A DNA stretch of 64,000 nt from positions 1 through 64,000 of IMG/VR virus record IMGVR_UViG_3300027839_000001; one strand, written 5' to 3'. The notes below the pieces were generated by a model. That model saw only the letters and a program-made list of their open reading frames with translations. It ran no database searches and had not been told where the DNA came from. Of the stretch, positions 19,571 to 29,068 are shown in pieces. Made by a program: the position numbers and the translations under genes. Numbering within the stretch: position 1 is the stretch's first letter; each line of letters starts with the position of its first letter. Origin of the DNA: a virus.

Positions 19571-20120
19571 CGAACTAGCGGCAAGAACAGAGGCACCGAT
19601 AACACCAGGGATGAAGAGGCGATTCTCCGGTACGATCATGACCCTTGAGGACGAGCTAGATACTCTATCCCAGGTAGGCAAGAGACTAGATGTAATCAAG
19701 AGACACATCTATTACAACGATCCAAAGTCTACAGAGCAGTTGAAGCACTGGCTGCATGACGAAGAAGAGAAGGACGACAAGTTCACTGACAACAAGTCAG
19801 TTAGATTACTACACGGAATCATAGGTATCATGACCGAGGCTGGAGAATTAGCGGAGGTATTCGCAGACGACAGCACGATGTACGGCAGGGAAGAGGACAT
19901 CGACAAGGTGAACCTCATCGAAGAATGCGGAGACTTGATGTGGTACATCGGTCTGGTCCTATCAGCATGCGGTGTCGATATAGACTACTGCCAGAGAAAG
20001 AACATAGAGAAGCTCAGGGCTAGATTCCCCGAAAAATTCAATGAAGGCGATGCGTTGTCGCGTGACCTAGAGAACGAACGAAATGCATTAGAAGACGAAG
20101 AAGAAGGAGACATAGTATGA
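19557..20120 (+). CDS. MazG-like nucleoside triphosphate pyrophosphohydrolase
   Basis: RLLHGIIGIMTEAGELAE...EECGDLMWY...NIEKLRARFPEKF; likely GTG start inside palindrome 19551 after AAGGA. Confidence 0.88.
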   Translation: MEKYDELAARTEAPITPGMKRRFSGTIMTLEDELDTLSQVGKRLDVIKRHIYYNDPKSTEQLKHWLHDEEEKDDKFTDNKSVRLLHGIIGIMTEAGELAEVFADDSTMYGREEDIDKVNLIEECGDLMWYIGLVLSACGVDIDYCQRKNIEKLRARFPEKFNEGDALSRDLENERNALEDEEEGDIV

Positions 20121-20380
20121 AACCTAGCCAAATGGAAAAAAGAATTCAGGAGTTGACTCAAGAGCGAGATGAGCTGAAGGCTGGCTATCTTAGTCCTGAC
20201 GATTCTATCGTCGCTGAAGTAGCAATCCTCAAAAAGATCGTGTCAGATCTTGAGGAAACAAACTCTAAGCTTGAAGCTGACACACTGACCATGGCACAGA
20301 AGATTTCCGACCTTGAAGAGGAGCTTGGCGAAGAGATAGATGAAGATGAAGACGAAGACGAAGACGAAGGCGACATCTAG
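20117..20380 (+). CDS. acidic coiled-coil protein
   Basis: 87 aa, heptad pattern, (DE)n tail; ATGA overlap with the MazG stop. Confidence 0.7.
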   Translation: MKPSQMEKRIQELTQERDELKAGYLSPDDSIVAEVAILKKIVSDLEETNSKLEADTLTMAQKISDLEEELGEEIDEDEDEDEDEGDI

Positions 20381-20406
20381 TCATCTATTCCTACCGTTCA
20401 CGCCTG

Positions 20407-20439
20407 GGGTTTCCACTGTAAAGTGGGGACCCTGTTTTT
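20407..20439 (+). terminator. Rho-independent terminator whose stem-loop contains the 13-bp palindrome
   Basis: GGGUUUCCACU-GUAA-AGUGGGGACCC then UGUUUUU; GNRA loop. Confidence 0.7.
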
Positions 20440-20479
20440 CCCTCACGGTAATCCCCACGCCAAGAGAGGTTCATTCGCG

Positions 20480-21856
20480 ATGCCAGAACTAGCAGAAGAC
20501 TCGACAGCAAAGCATACCACATACTTCTATACTCCAGAGAACTTCGCAGGAGAGCACGAGCTTGCCTATTACGTGAAGAGAATAATCAAAGCCAAGGTAG
20601 ATGCCATACCAGAGGTCACTGAAGGGCTTAAGGAAGATCAGCCGAAGGCAGTGCACTTGGCATGCACCCAGCCTCTAAGCATACTCAGAGGCAGGCCGGG
20701 AACAGGAAAGACCACCACGCTAAGGCAGATAGTGGAGTCATTCGACAACGCAGGACTGTCTGGAGCGATCTTCGCTCCTACCGGAAAGGCACGAAAACGT
20801 GCAGATGAGGTAGTGAACGACCCAGGCAAGAAGCCATTCAAGAACGCACCTGAATGCAAGACCATACATCGTGGCCTTGAGTATAGTCCGACCGATGGCG
20901 GATTCAAGTTCGGACCAAGGAAGAACCTAGATTACGACTACGTAATCCTCGACGAGTTCTCCATGGCTGGCCTTAGCATAGCTAAGTCCCTCTTCTCAGC
21001 AATCAACCCAAAGAAAACCAGGGTGATTCTATGTGGAGATCCAAATCAATTGCCGTCAGTCGACAGTGGCAACGTGATGCACGATCTGATAATGTCTCGT
21101 GCCATACCAGACACCAACCTGAACTATCTGTTTAGACAAGGTGCTGACAGCGGCATAGCGTACAACGCAGGACGCATACTGAATGGTGAGGACCTAGCCA
21201 AGACAGATCCCAAGACAGGTGAGCTATTCAATGACTTCTACTTCGTCGAGAAGAGAGATCCTGAACTAGCAAGAGACTACATCATCAACTGCGTAAGCGA
21301 GTCCATACCCGAGAATAGGAATCTGAAGCATGCAGACATACAGGTTCTTTCCCCTGGAAAGAAGTCCGAGGTGGGCACAGTCGCACTGAACGACGGACTC
21401 AGAGACAGGATCAATCCAGGCAAGGGCGGTGGATATAGAGGGCTGAGAGTAGGCGACAGAGTCATCAACCGTAAGAATAACTATGAACTAGAGATAGTTA
21501 ACGGTGATGTAGGCACAGTTATTTCCACTGGAAACCACGGACTGACTATCAACTTTGGCCCAGGTGCTGGCCCAGAAGGAGATGGCCTAGTTGAATTAAA
21601 CGCCGATAATGCAGAGAGCGTTTACTTGGCGTATGCTTTTACAGTGCATAGCTCGCAGGGATCTGAGTTCCCGGTGTGCGTCATACCTTTATTCAAGGCT
21701 CACTACAGACTACTGTTTCGCAACATGCTCTACACTGGAGCTACACGACCAAAGCAACTCACCCTTCTGGTTGGAGATCCTTTGGCACTGAAGCTCTGTA
21801 TTGACACTAGCGTGGTAGACAAACGATCCACTGGATTGCAAGGACTGCTGAGATAA
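20480..21856 (+). CDS. RecD2-like SF1B helicase, C-terminal motor half
   Basis: GRPGTGKTT, APTGKA, TIHR, DEFSM, GDPNQLPSV, FRQ, NGDVG, YAFTVHSSQGSEF, LYTGATR. Confidence 0.93.
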   Translation: MPELAEDSTAKHTTYFYTPENFAGEHELAYYVKRIIKAKVDAIPEVTEGLKEDQPKAVHLACTQPLSILRGRPGTGKTTTLRQIVESFDNAGLSGAIFAPTGKARKRADEVVNDPGKKPFKNAPECKTIHRGLEYSPTDGGFKFGPRKNLDYDYVILDEFSMAGLSIAKSLFSAINPKKTRVILCGDPNQLPSVDSGNVMHDLIMSRAIPDTNLNYLFRQGADSGIAYNAGRILNGEDLAKTDPKTGELFNDFYFVEKRDPELARDYIINCVSESIPENRNLKHADIQVLSPGKKSEVGTVALNDGLRDRINPGKGGGYRGLRVGDRVINRKNNYELEIVNGDVGTVISTGNHGLTINFGPGAGPEGDGLVELNADNAESVYLAYAFTVHSSQGSEFPVCVIPLFKAHYRLLFRNMLYTGATRPKQLTLLVGDPLALKLCIDTSVVDKRSTGLQGLLR

Positions 21857-21879
21857 TTTCCAGTGGAAAGGAATGACAC

Positions 21880-24800
21880 ATGGATAAGATGACGACCGAC
21901 CAGTTGAAGGAAGAGATCGTAAGATCACTTGATATAGTAACATTCTATGAATCACATTGCGGCGATGGACAGGATTTCGGTGGAGGAAGACAGAACGGGT
22001 GGACCTCAAAAAGGGTCCTATGCCCACTGCATTCAGACCGGAACACGCCCAGCTTCTTTGTAAACGCTGAGACAGGAGGATTTAAATGTCATGCATGCGG
22101 TAAAGGCGGTAGCATATTTGATTTCTGGATCATAAAATCCGGCCTAGCACCAGATGATAAGACGAACTTTGCGAAAGCATTGGTTGCATTAGCAGATGAT
22201 GCAGGTGTAGACATAAAGCACTGGAAAGATAAGCCCGCCCTAACCCCAAAGACTAAGTCAGCACAGCTTAAAAGGAAAGACGCTGACATCATCCCGAAGG
22301 TAAATAAGGCGGACGCGATGGATATCGCTAACGCCCCGATAGATACCATCGTAGTGGATACCTTCAATAAAGCTCTACGCCCAGAGCATTTCATGTACCT
22401 ACTCAAGAACAGGGGCCTCAAGGCACCTACGATTGAGAAGGCTTGCATCGGATGGGACAAGACTTGGAAAGTAAAGAGCAACGATGGTCAGTGGACAGAC
22501 GGACGCTACACCATACCAGTCAGGAACAAGAAGGGTGAAGTAAGGAACGTAAGGGGATACTCACCTCAGGCTGACGCATCATCCAAGATGATGAACCTAG
22601 TAACAGACAGGGGTTCACCGGCAGAGAGAAGGCACGGCACGCCGGTCAGGCTGTACAATCTAGACAGGCTGATAGCTGAGAACTGGGATCACGTAGTCAT
22701 ATGCGAGGGCGAGTTTGATTGCATACTGTTGAATCAGATGTTCGCAGATGCTGGACTCACTACCTATGGTGCTGTCACTGGCACCCATGGTGTCAAAAGT
22801 TTTGCACCTGAGTGGATGGAGTATCTCTTCGGTAAGTTCGTATACATCTGCTTCGACTGCGACGAAGAAGGCAAGCTGTCATCTCACAACGTAGCCAATA
22901 AGTACTTCCTCAAGGCACTGGAGGCATCCAAGTTTTCCACTGTAAAGATTATAGACCTGCCGCTGGAAGGAACGAAAGACTCGAAGGACCTCACCGACTT
23001 CTTCCTTAAGTCAGAGCTTAACACCAATGACTTCCTTAAGATAATGGAAGAAACGCCAGAGCTTATATGCGGAGGCATGGACGGGGACGAGGCCACAGTC
23101 GAGGCTGAAGAAGTAGACAACCTAGTCGTTGCCCTGAAAAACAGGAAGTACATCGACAAGAAGGTCACCGTGCCCATCACCATATCAGGTACAACATCAA
23201 AGATCTTCCATGCTATACGTAGCTACAAGATAAAGAAATGCCCACTGCTCGCAGGTGGTGAATGCTGTCACGCTGACGCTGGCACACAGACTATACCATA
23301 TGGGCACGCCCTGTTCATTGAAGCATGCATGCAGAAAGAGAGTGCAAACCTCAGGTCCATAGCCGAGATAGCATGTGCCAAGGGAAAGAAGTGCACGGTT
23401 GAGCCTATAACCAAGGTAGTCATGGAGGAGTACTACGCTCACCAAGTAGTGGAGAGATGGAGGGCTGAAGAAGATCAGGACGGCAGGCTACAGAATTCAC
23501 AGGAGCTAGTTCAAACCCCAGTGTATATCCTTCAGCCAGAGGACAACATCACGATCCAGCCGCAGAACTACATGGCTACAGGCTGGATACGAACGCACCC
23601 GCACACCGCTATAGCTACCCTGTTCGTGCAAGAGATGGTGCCAATGGAAGAGGACTGGCGACAGTTCGACATGGCACGGTCAGACAACAGGGAGGTAATG
23701 CAAGCACTGAAGGATGAGTTTACCGTACCTGAGATAATGCACGACCTAGTGCATGGGGTTACCAAGATCTATGATGCCGATCACATCCTGCTTACAGTCC
23801 TCCTCACTTACCTCTCACCATTGCACTACAACTTTAATGGAGGAAGAATCAGAGGCTGGGTCAACAGTGCCATCCTCGGTGACTCAGGCACAGGGAAGTC
23901 AGCGACTTATACTGCTCTATCCGACTGGATTGAACTCGGAGACTTGTTTTCGGCTTTATCTGGAACAAGGACTGGCCTGCTATACGCAATCAAACAGAAG
24001 GGCGGCGAGTGGATGATATCGATTGGTCGATACGTCCAAGCCTCATGTAAGATCATAGCAATCGATGAGACGCAAGAGAGTACAAAGGAAGAGATCAAGC
24101 GAATGGCGATAGCCATGGACACTGGCTTTCTAAGCATCGAGCAGGTAGCCAGTGGCGGGTATCACACACAGACAAGAACGATCTTCCTCATGAACCCCAA
24201 GGATGCAAACGGAGAAGCCGCCACGATATCCGACTTCGTCTTCGGGTGCGAAGCACTGAGGGAATGCTTCGACCCTATGTTTATTAGGCGTCTCGACCTA
24301 GCCGTGTTTTCCACTGGAAAGCATGACTATGATTTTTACAATCAGAAGTCAGAGATAGATGCAGAGATAAGGCTTACATCGAAAATGCTGAGAAGCTTAG
24401 TTCACTGGGCATGGACTAGAAAGATAGATCAGATACACTGGTCGCCAGAGGCTACGGACATGTGCCTTGAGAAGACGACGGAGCTATCAGACAAGTACGG
24501 GTATGTTGACGACATACCATTGGTCAATCCTCAGGACTTCAGGCTGAACCTAGCTAGGCTATCAACAGCCTATGCCGTACTGGACAGAAGCTTTACTGAT
24601 GACCTAATGGCTCTGAACGTAGAGCCGGAACACGTGGCCGCGATGGCTATGTTCATAGATTCAATCTACAGTTCGCCCGCCTGCTTGCTTCACCAGAAGT
24701 CCAATCAGAACAGAAAGAGAAAGACACTGTCTGACTTCGATGAGATTAGGGAAGTATTCGAGGAGACTATCAAGCAGGCCAAGGACTCCTCCAATCAATT

Positions 24801-25182
24801 CTTCAGGGATGGCAATCACTTCTGTCAGATACTTCTGCTCATCGAACAGCTAGAGTCTGTCAAGAAGAGGGATCTTCAAGAGCAAATAGACATGAGATCT
24901 AGGTGGCTAGGGTCTAACATAGCCACTCTACAGGGATTCAATCTTATAACCAGCGGCAGGTGGGGATACAAGAAAACAAAGAAGTTCAACCTGTTCATGC
25001 AGAGATGGAGGCAGGACCAAGAGATAGCGGATATGCTAGAGGGAGTATTCTTAAACGTAGGAAAGGCTTCAAGGAGAGCTAACACTACAGAGTCATACAC
25101 GTCTTCATTGCCATCAAAAAGCAGTGACGATCCATTCAGTGATTTCGATCACTCACAAGAGCAGGACGACCCGTTCAATTAG
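21880..25182 (+). CDS. DnaG-type primase (CHC2 Zn finger + TOPRIM) fused to an MCM-family helicase
   Basis: CPLH...CHAC; ICEGEFD and CFDCD (TOPRIM); RGWVNSAILGDSGTGKS (MCM Walker A context), IAIDE, AMDTG, RRLD arginine finger. Confidence 0.88.
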   Translation: MDKMTTDQLKEEIVRSLDIVTFYESHCGDGQDFGGGRQNGWTSKRVLCPLHSDRNTPSFFVNAETGGFKCHACGKGGSIFDFWIIKSGLAPDDKTNFAKALVALADDAGVDIKHWKDKPALTPKTKSAQLKRKDADIIPKVNKADAMDIANAPIDTIVVDTFNKALRPEHFMYLLKNRGLKAPTIEKACIGWDKTWKVKSNDGQWTDGRYTIPVRNKKGEVRNVRGYSPQADASSKMMNLVTDRGSPAERRHGTPVRLYNLDRLIAENWDHVVICEGEFDCILLNQMFADAGLTTYGAVTGTHGVKSFAPEWMEYLFGKFVYICFDCDEEGKLSSHNVANKYFLKALEASKFSTVKIIDLPLEGTKDSKDLTDFFLKSELNTNDFLKIMEETPELICGGMDGDEATVEAEEVDNLVVALKNRKYIDKKVTVPITISGTTSKIFHAIRSYKIKKCPLLAGGECCHADAGTQTIPYGHALFIEACMQKESANLRSIAEIACAKGKKCTVEPITKVVMEEYYAHQVVERWRAEEDQDGRLQNSQELVQTPVYILQPEDNITIQPQNYMATGWIRTHPHTAIATLFVQEMVPMEEDWRQFDMARSDNREVMQALKDEFTVPEIMHDLVHGVTKIYDADHILLTVLLTYLSPLHYNFNGGRIRGWVNSAILGDSGTGKSATYTALSDWIELGDLFSALSGTRTGLLYAIKQKGGEWMISIGRYVQASCKIIAIDETQESTKEEIKRMAIAMDTGFLSIEQVASGGYHTQTRTIFLMNPKDANGEAATISDFVFGCEALRECFDPMFIRRLDLAVFSTGKHDYDFYNQKSEIDAEIRLTSKMLRSLVHWAWTRKIDQIHWSPEATDMCLEKTTELSDKYGYVDDIPLVNPQDFRLNLARLSTAYAVLDRSFTDDLMALNVEPEHVAAMAMFIDSIYSSPACLLHQKSNQNRKRKTLSDFDEIREVFEETIKQAKDSSNQFFRDGNHFCQILLLIEQLESVKKRDLQEQIDMRSRWLGSNIATLQGFNLITSGRWGYKKTKKFNLFMQRWRQDQEIADMLEGVFLNVGKASRRANTTESYTSSLPSKSSDDPFSDFDHSQEQDDPFN

Positions 25183-25196
25183 ATCAGGAGTTTACA

Positions 25197-25802
25197 GTGG
25201 AAATCTCAGACCTACCATCAGCGAACAAGCCAAGGCTACAAGAGGCTGGCCCCAGGAAATATAAGCGAGGAGAAGCAGACCTCGATCTCACAGAGGCCCA
25301 TGAGATATACGAGAAGGATGCGATTGAGTATGCGTTGAACTTTGGCTGGAGCATAGCCACATGTATGAACGACGCACTTGAGAAGAGGCACGAAGGAAAG
25401 AAGTACCTGACAGTAAGGGAGTGCGACATAGCCTGGAGATCTAACTACGATCTCGGCAATGATATGATCTTCGAGGCGATGGAGATGTTCGGCACAATGC
25501 TGACAGAGGGCATTGTTGGAGAAGACGGTAACCCGTGGGAGTTAAGAGAATACTACAACCGTGGCATAGCCTTCATGAAGAATGGAGGATGGGACAAGTC
25601 TTCACCAGAGAAAAGAAAGAAGGCGGAGGATGCAATCAGGGACACGACCGACTCCCTAAGTCAGCTTGGGCTTCCAGCAACAGTAAATGAGATCTCTCAC
25701 GGATTCCATGCTGCACTTACTCGCCCTGAGTACATGACTGAGTATCAGTACAAGAGGGCGAGAAGCGAACGCAAGATTACATGGGGGTTCGGTGATGACT
25801 AA
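25197..25802 (+). CDS. hypothetical protein
   Basis: 201 aa; GTG start inside the palindrome after AGGAG. Confidence 0.75.
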   Translation: MEISDLPSANKPRLQEAGPRKYKRGEADLDLTEAHEIYEKDAIEYALNFGWSIATCMNDALEKRHEGKKYLTVRECDIAWRSNYDLGNDMIFEAMEMFGTMLTEGIVGEDGNPWELREYYNRGIAFMKNGGWDKSSPEKRKKAEDAIRDTTDSLSQLGLPATVNEISHGFHAALTRPEYMTEYQYKRARSERKITWGFGDD

Positions 25803-26346
25803 GATACTATCTATAGACCCAGGCATTAAGCACACCGGCGTTGCTTCATGGGAATTCAAGATACGAGGCATGGGCAGGGAAGGCATCAACTACGCAAAGA
25901 ACATACGGCCAAGGACGAAGTCAGAAGGGATACACGACAGAGCAAGGGACATAGCCCAGTCAGTACTAAGCCTTACCATCAAAGATGACTTTGATCACAT
26001 AGTGATTGAGCAGCCGCCTCAGACAATCTACGGAGTCAAGACCCTTAAGAAGGAGATGCTTGCAGCCAGGGCACAGTCAGTATTCAAGGTGTTCGCTGTA
26101 GCATACGCCATAGTGGGTGTACTCCTCAGCACTAAGACAGTGGACATGTGCCTTCCAATAGATTGGGAGAAGCACAGGGGCAAGAAGAAGGCAAAGCCAT
26201 GGTCAGTCGAGACTGCCAACAAGCTTATAACTTCGTTTAATCCAACGTCGTCACTGATTGTTGATGGTGGAGTCAAGCAGAACATAGCCGATGCCATAAA
26301 CATCGGCTTCTACTTCGCAGTTAGCAAGGGATACTACGATGGCTGA
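25792..26346 (+). CDS. RuvC-like Holliday junction resolvase
   Basis: ILSIDPGIKHTG, IVIEQP, NIADAINIG. Confidence 0.8.
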   Translation: MMTKILSIDPGIKHTGVASWEFKIRGMGREGINYAKNIRPRTKSEGIHDRARDIAQSVLSLTIKDDFDHIVIEQPPQTIYGVKTLKKEMLAARAQSVFKVFAVAYAIVGVLLSTKTVDMCLPIDWEKHRGKKKAKPWSVETANKLITSFNPTSSLIVDGGVKQNIADAINIGFYFAVSKGYYDG

Positions 26347-27280
26347 ACAGAAAAACATCTGCTCATACAAGGCAGTATGCAAGAAATGCAACATGGTGTC
26401 CCTCGATAACAGGCCAGCAATATGCAAAGAACTAGAATGCGAGCATCTAACCGTATGCTTAAAATGCGGAAAGAACAAGCACATAAAAGACGAAGACAAA
26501 ACCCTGTGCGGGTCATGCTCTGGAAGAGGGGCGGACATAGAGTTCTCAACAAACGCAGAAGGAGACACGGTCGCCACCCCGGTAACGCAGAGCGATATCC
26601 ACGAACCTATTTCCAGTGGAAACAATCAAACGGAGGGTGGTAATTCGGAGCTTGAGCAAACTGGAGTTGTCATAGAGATCACTCCACCTGGCGTAGCCCC
26701 AGACTCATATTCTGAAGCCGAGAGGAAGTACTACCTTGAGCAGTACGAGCAGTACTCAGGCTACTACAGAGATCCGACCGCATACTTCCTGTGCCACCAG
26801 ATCATAATCACAGAGATTGAACTAAACTGGCTTACCTGTTACATGATCCAGACTAGGGGAGAGTTGACTAAGGAGCTTGACTCCAAGAAGACCAGACTCA
26901 TAAGTAACCTCGAATCCCTTCGCAAACAGCTACCAGAGAAGGAAGCATTCGAGTTAAGCGACGACGAGAAGTCGATGGCGATGATTCACGACTCGTACAT
27001 GAAGGAGAAGGAAGCAAGAGAGGGCCTTGGCGTGAGGAGGATGTTCAGTGATGCAGCCATAGCACTAGCACCTGTCCTAGACTTTCCAATGGACCTACAG
27101 TACCTGCTTCAGTCACTTGGATATGATACCGTAACGGCATTAGATGTTGCACAGAAGCACTTAGACTCAGGGGCAGACCTGCCTGAGGACCCGCATCAAG
27201 TCGCCCTTTTCTTTGGGTATGAATTGAACAGCGAGTACGCATTACCACTAGATGGAAAGGCAAAAGAAGATGGCAACTAG
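26339..27280 (+). CDS. Cys-rich Zn-finger protein; candidate terminase small subunit
   Basis: Several CxxC pairs at the N-terminus; overlaps the start of terL (function from position only). Confidence 0.5.
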   Translation: MAEQKNICSYKAVCKKCNMVSLDNRPAICKELECEHLTVCLKCGKNKHIKDEDKTLCGSCSGRGADIEFSTNAEGDTVATPVTQSDIHEPISSGNNQTEGGNSELEQTGVVIEITPPGVAPDSYSEAERKYYLEQYEQYSGYYRDPTAYFLCHQIIITEIELNWLTCYMIQTRGELTKELDSKKTRLISNLESLRKQLPEKEAFELSDDEKSMAMIHDSYMKEKEAREGLGVRRMFSDAAIALAPVLDFPMDLQYLLQSLGYDTVTALDVAQKHLDSGADLPEDPHQVALFFGYELNSEYALPLDGKAKEDGN

Positions 27281-29018
27281 TCACGCATGGAGGAATGACA
27301 ACAGGCTAACTGCGATGATGGTTGACGATTTCATACATGATCCGATTCTGGCAGCGAAGGTAATACTGAACGTAAAGCTCCCTCCGCATCAGGAGCTTAG
27401 GCTCGCAGAGATGTGGACTACCCACTTCACTATGGACGACTCAGGATTTTCCACTGGAAAGTCCTTTACTCTTGGACTGCTATCTGCACTGAGATCCTGC
27501 CTGTTTCCTAATCGAATCTCAGGAATCATCTCAGGTACGTTCCGTCAGGGACAGTTGATCTTTCAGAACTATGACAGATGGTACTCGTCATCCAAGATAT
27601 TCAGAAGCTGCGTAAAGACACAGCAGGGCAGGCCAAGGATCACGCACGGAACCTCGGCATGGGAGATCCACTTCAGGGGAGGTGCCACCATCAGGGCGTT
27701 GCCTCCCAACTTCGACAAGGATAGTGAGCGGTTGAGATCAGAGCGTTGGCACGATGGGTACTTCGACGAGTGGACAATCTTTAATATAGCATCACTCACC
27801 AAGACGCTATTCGGTCGAGTCACTGCGTTGAATGATTACCAAGATGACAAGATAATGCAGAACCACATACACTGCATGTCAACCCCAGGCTTCAGGCATG
27901 ACAGGTCATACACGCTAGTCAAGAGTATCGACTCAAACATAGCCAGGGGCAATAAGGACTACGCGCGGTTTACATCCAACTACCGGCACGTGCCAGTAAA
28001 CAAGAAGGAGTTCCAGGCGTTCGTTGATCGTCGAACAATCTTCACCATGCAGACCACGAACCCTGATGGCGTAGTGAAGTCAGAGATTGATGGCAGGTGG
28101 CAGAAGGACTCCATGTCTTTCTATTCGTCGAAGGACATCGATGCTAGACGGAGGCAGAACTCTCCCATGCTGCTGCAAAGACGCAGCGACAACGACATGT
28201 ACGTTGCCGGGTACGATACAGCAAGGGGTGGATCTGATCACACTAAGTCTAGTGCAGATGACTTCTCTATATCTGTACTCAAGATATCCGACCTGTCAGA
28301 ACCGCCGCAGCACTGCCTAACAATTCGGAAGAACAACATTCAATCTGAACACATGGCAGGAATAATCCAAGAGCTTCACAAGAAGTTTCAGTTTTCGTTC
28401 GTGTGCTACGATCCAGGCGGTGGTGGACTGTTCGTCAGGGATGAACTCAGGAAGACAGAGATACCGATACGAGGAAAGATAGAGTCAGTCATTCCAATGG
28501 TCGAGCTTGGAGATCCACATGGATTGATAGGTGACAATATACTGGTTCCGTTCAAGCGTGGAGATTTCTTCATTAATGCACTGTGGGGCAAGATGGCGTC
28601 TGATAGCGTCATAGTAAACAGAATGCATAGAGCTATGAGGGATGCTATTTCCACTGGAAACATCATACTCCCAGGAAGATGGAACGGATGGGAAGAGGCT
28701 GGTGGTACGTGGGACGTTGGTGCCAAGAGGGAGTATCTGAACAGAGCGAAAGGAATGGCAGAGGCTGATGTGATACGTGCCGAGATGGACATAACTGTTG
28801 AGCAGTTAATCCAAGTTGACATCGCTAGACACAAAGACAAGTCGCCGTCCATAGACACATACGGAATGTACAAGTTTAAATCCAAGAATAAAAAAGATTC
28901 TGCATACGGATTACTGTACTCGTTCGTTGCATACTCTATACTTAAAGCACTGAGCGGCAAGGACATGCCTGGAAGGCAAGGTGGATCTGATCTAGCAATT
29001 TCTATTGACCCAATATAA
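27270..29018 (+). CDS. terL: terminase large subunit
   Basis: LPPHQ, Walker A-like GFSTGKS, SGTFRQG, YFDE Walker B, STP, nuclease YVAGYDTAR...DDFS, C-terminal KKDSAY. Confidence 0.85.
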   Translation: MATSHAWRNDNRLTAMMVDDFIHDPILAAKVILNVKLPPHQELRLAEMWTTHFTMDDSGFSTGKSFTLGLLSALRSCLFPNRISGIISGTFRQGQLIFQNYDRWYSSSKIFRSCVKTQQGRPRITHGTSAWEIHFRGGATIRALPPNFDKDSERLRSERWHDGYFDEWTIFNIASLTKTLFGRVTALNDYQDDKIMQNHIHCMSTPGFRHDRSYTLVKSIDSNIARGNKDYARFTSNYRHVPVNKKEFQAFVDRRTIFTMQTTNPDGVVKSEIDGRWQKDSMSFYSSKDIDARRRQNSPMLLQRRSDNDMYVAGYDTARGGSDHTKSSADDFSISVLKISDLSEPPQHCLTIRKNNIQSEHMAGIIQELHKKFQFSFVCYDPGGGGLFVRDELRKTEIPIRGKIESVIPMVELGDPHGLIGDNILVPFKRGDFFINALWGKMASDSVIVNRMHRAMRDAISTGNIILPGRWNGWEEAGGTWDVGAKREYLNRAKGMAEADVIRAEMDITVEQLIQVDIARHKDKSPSIDTYGMYKFKSKNKKDSAYGLLYSFVAYSILKALSGKDMPGRQGGSDLAISIDPI

Positions 29019-29068
29019 ATAAGCTGCCGATAAATCCTCTACACGAAACATTAGTGGAGAGAGTTTCA

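Noticed and set aside
17405-20120. Modified-base (e.g. Z-genome) pathway from MazG + kinase + DUF1937
   Set aside because: No PurZ, dATPase or phage polymerase in the window; these genes are common phage nucleotide-pool enzymes
19557-20439. Intron or intein interrupting recD2
   Set aside because: The insert holds two ordinary genes and a terminator, with no homing endonuclease, splicing motifs or in-frame continuity
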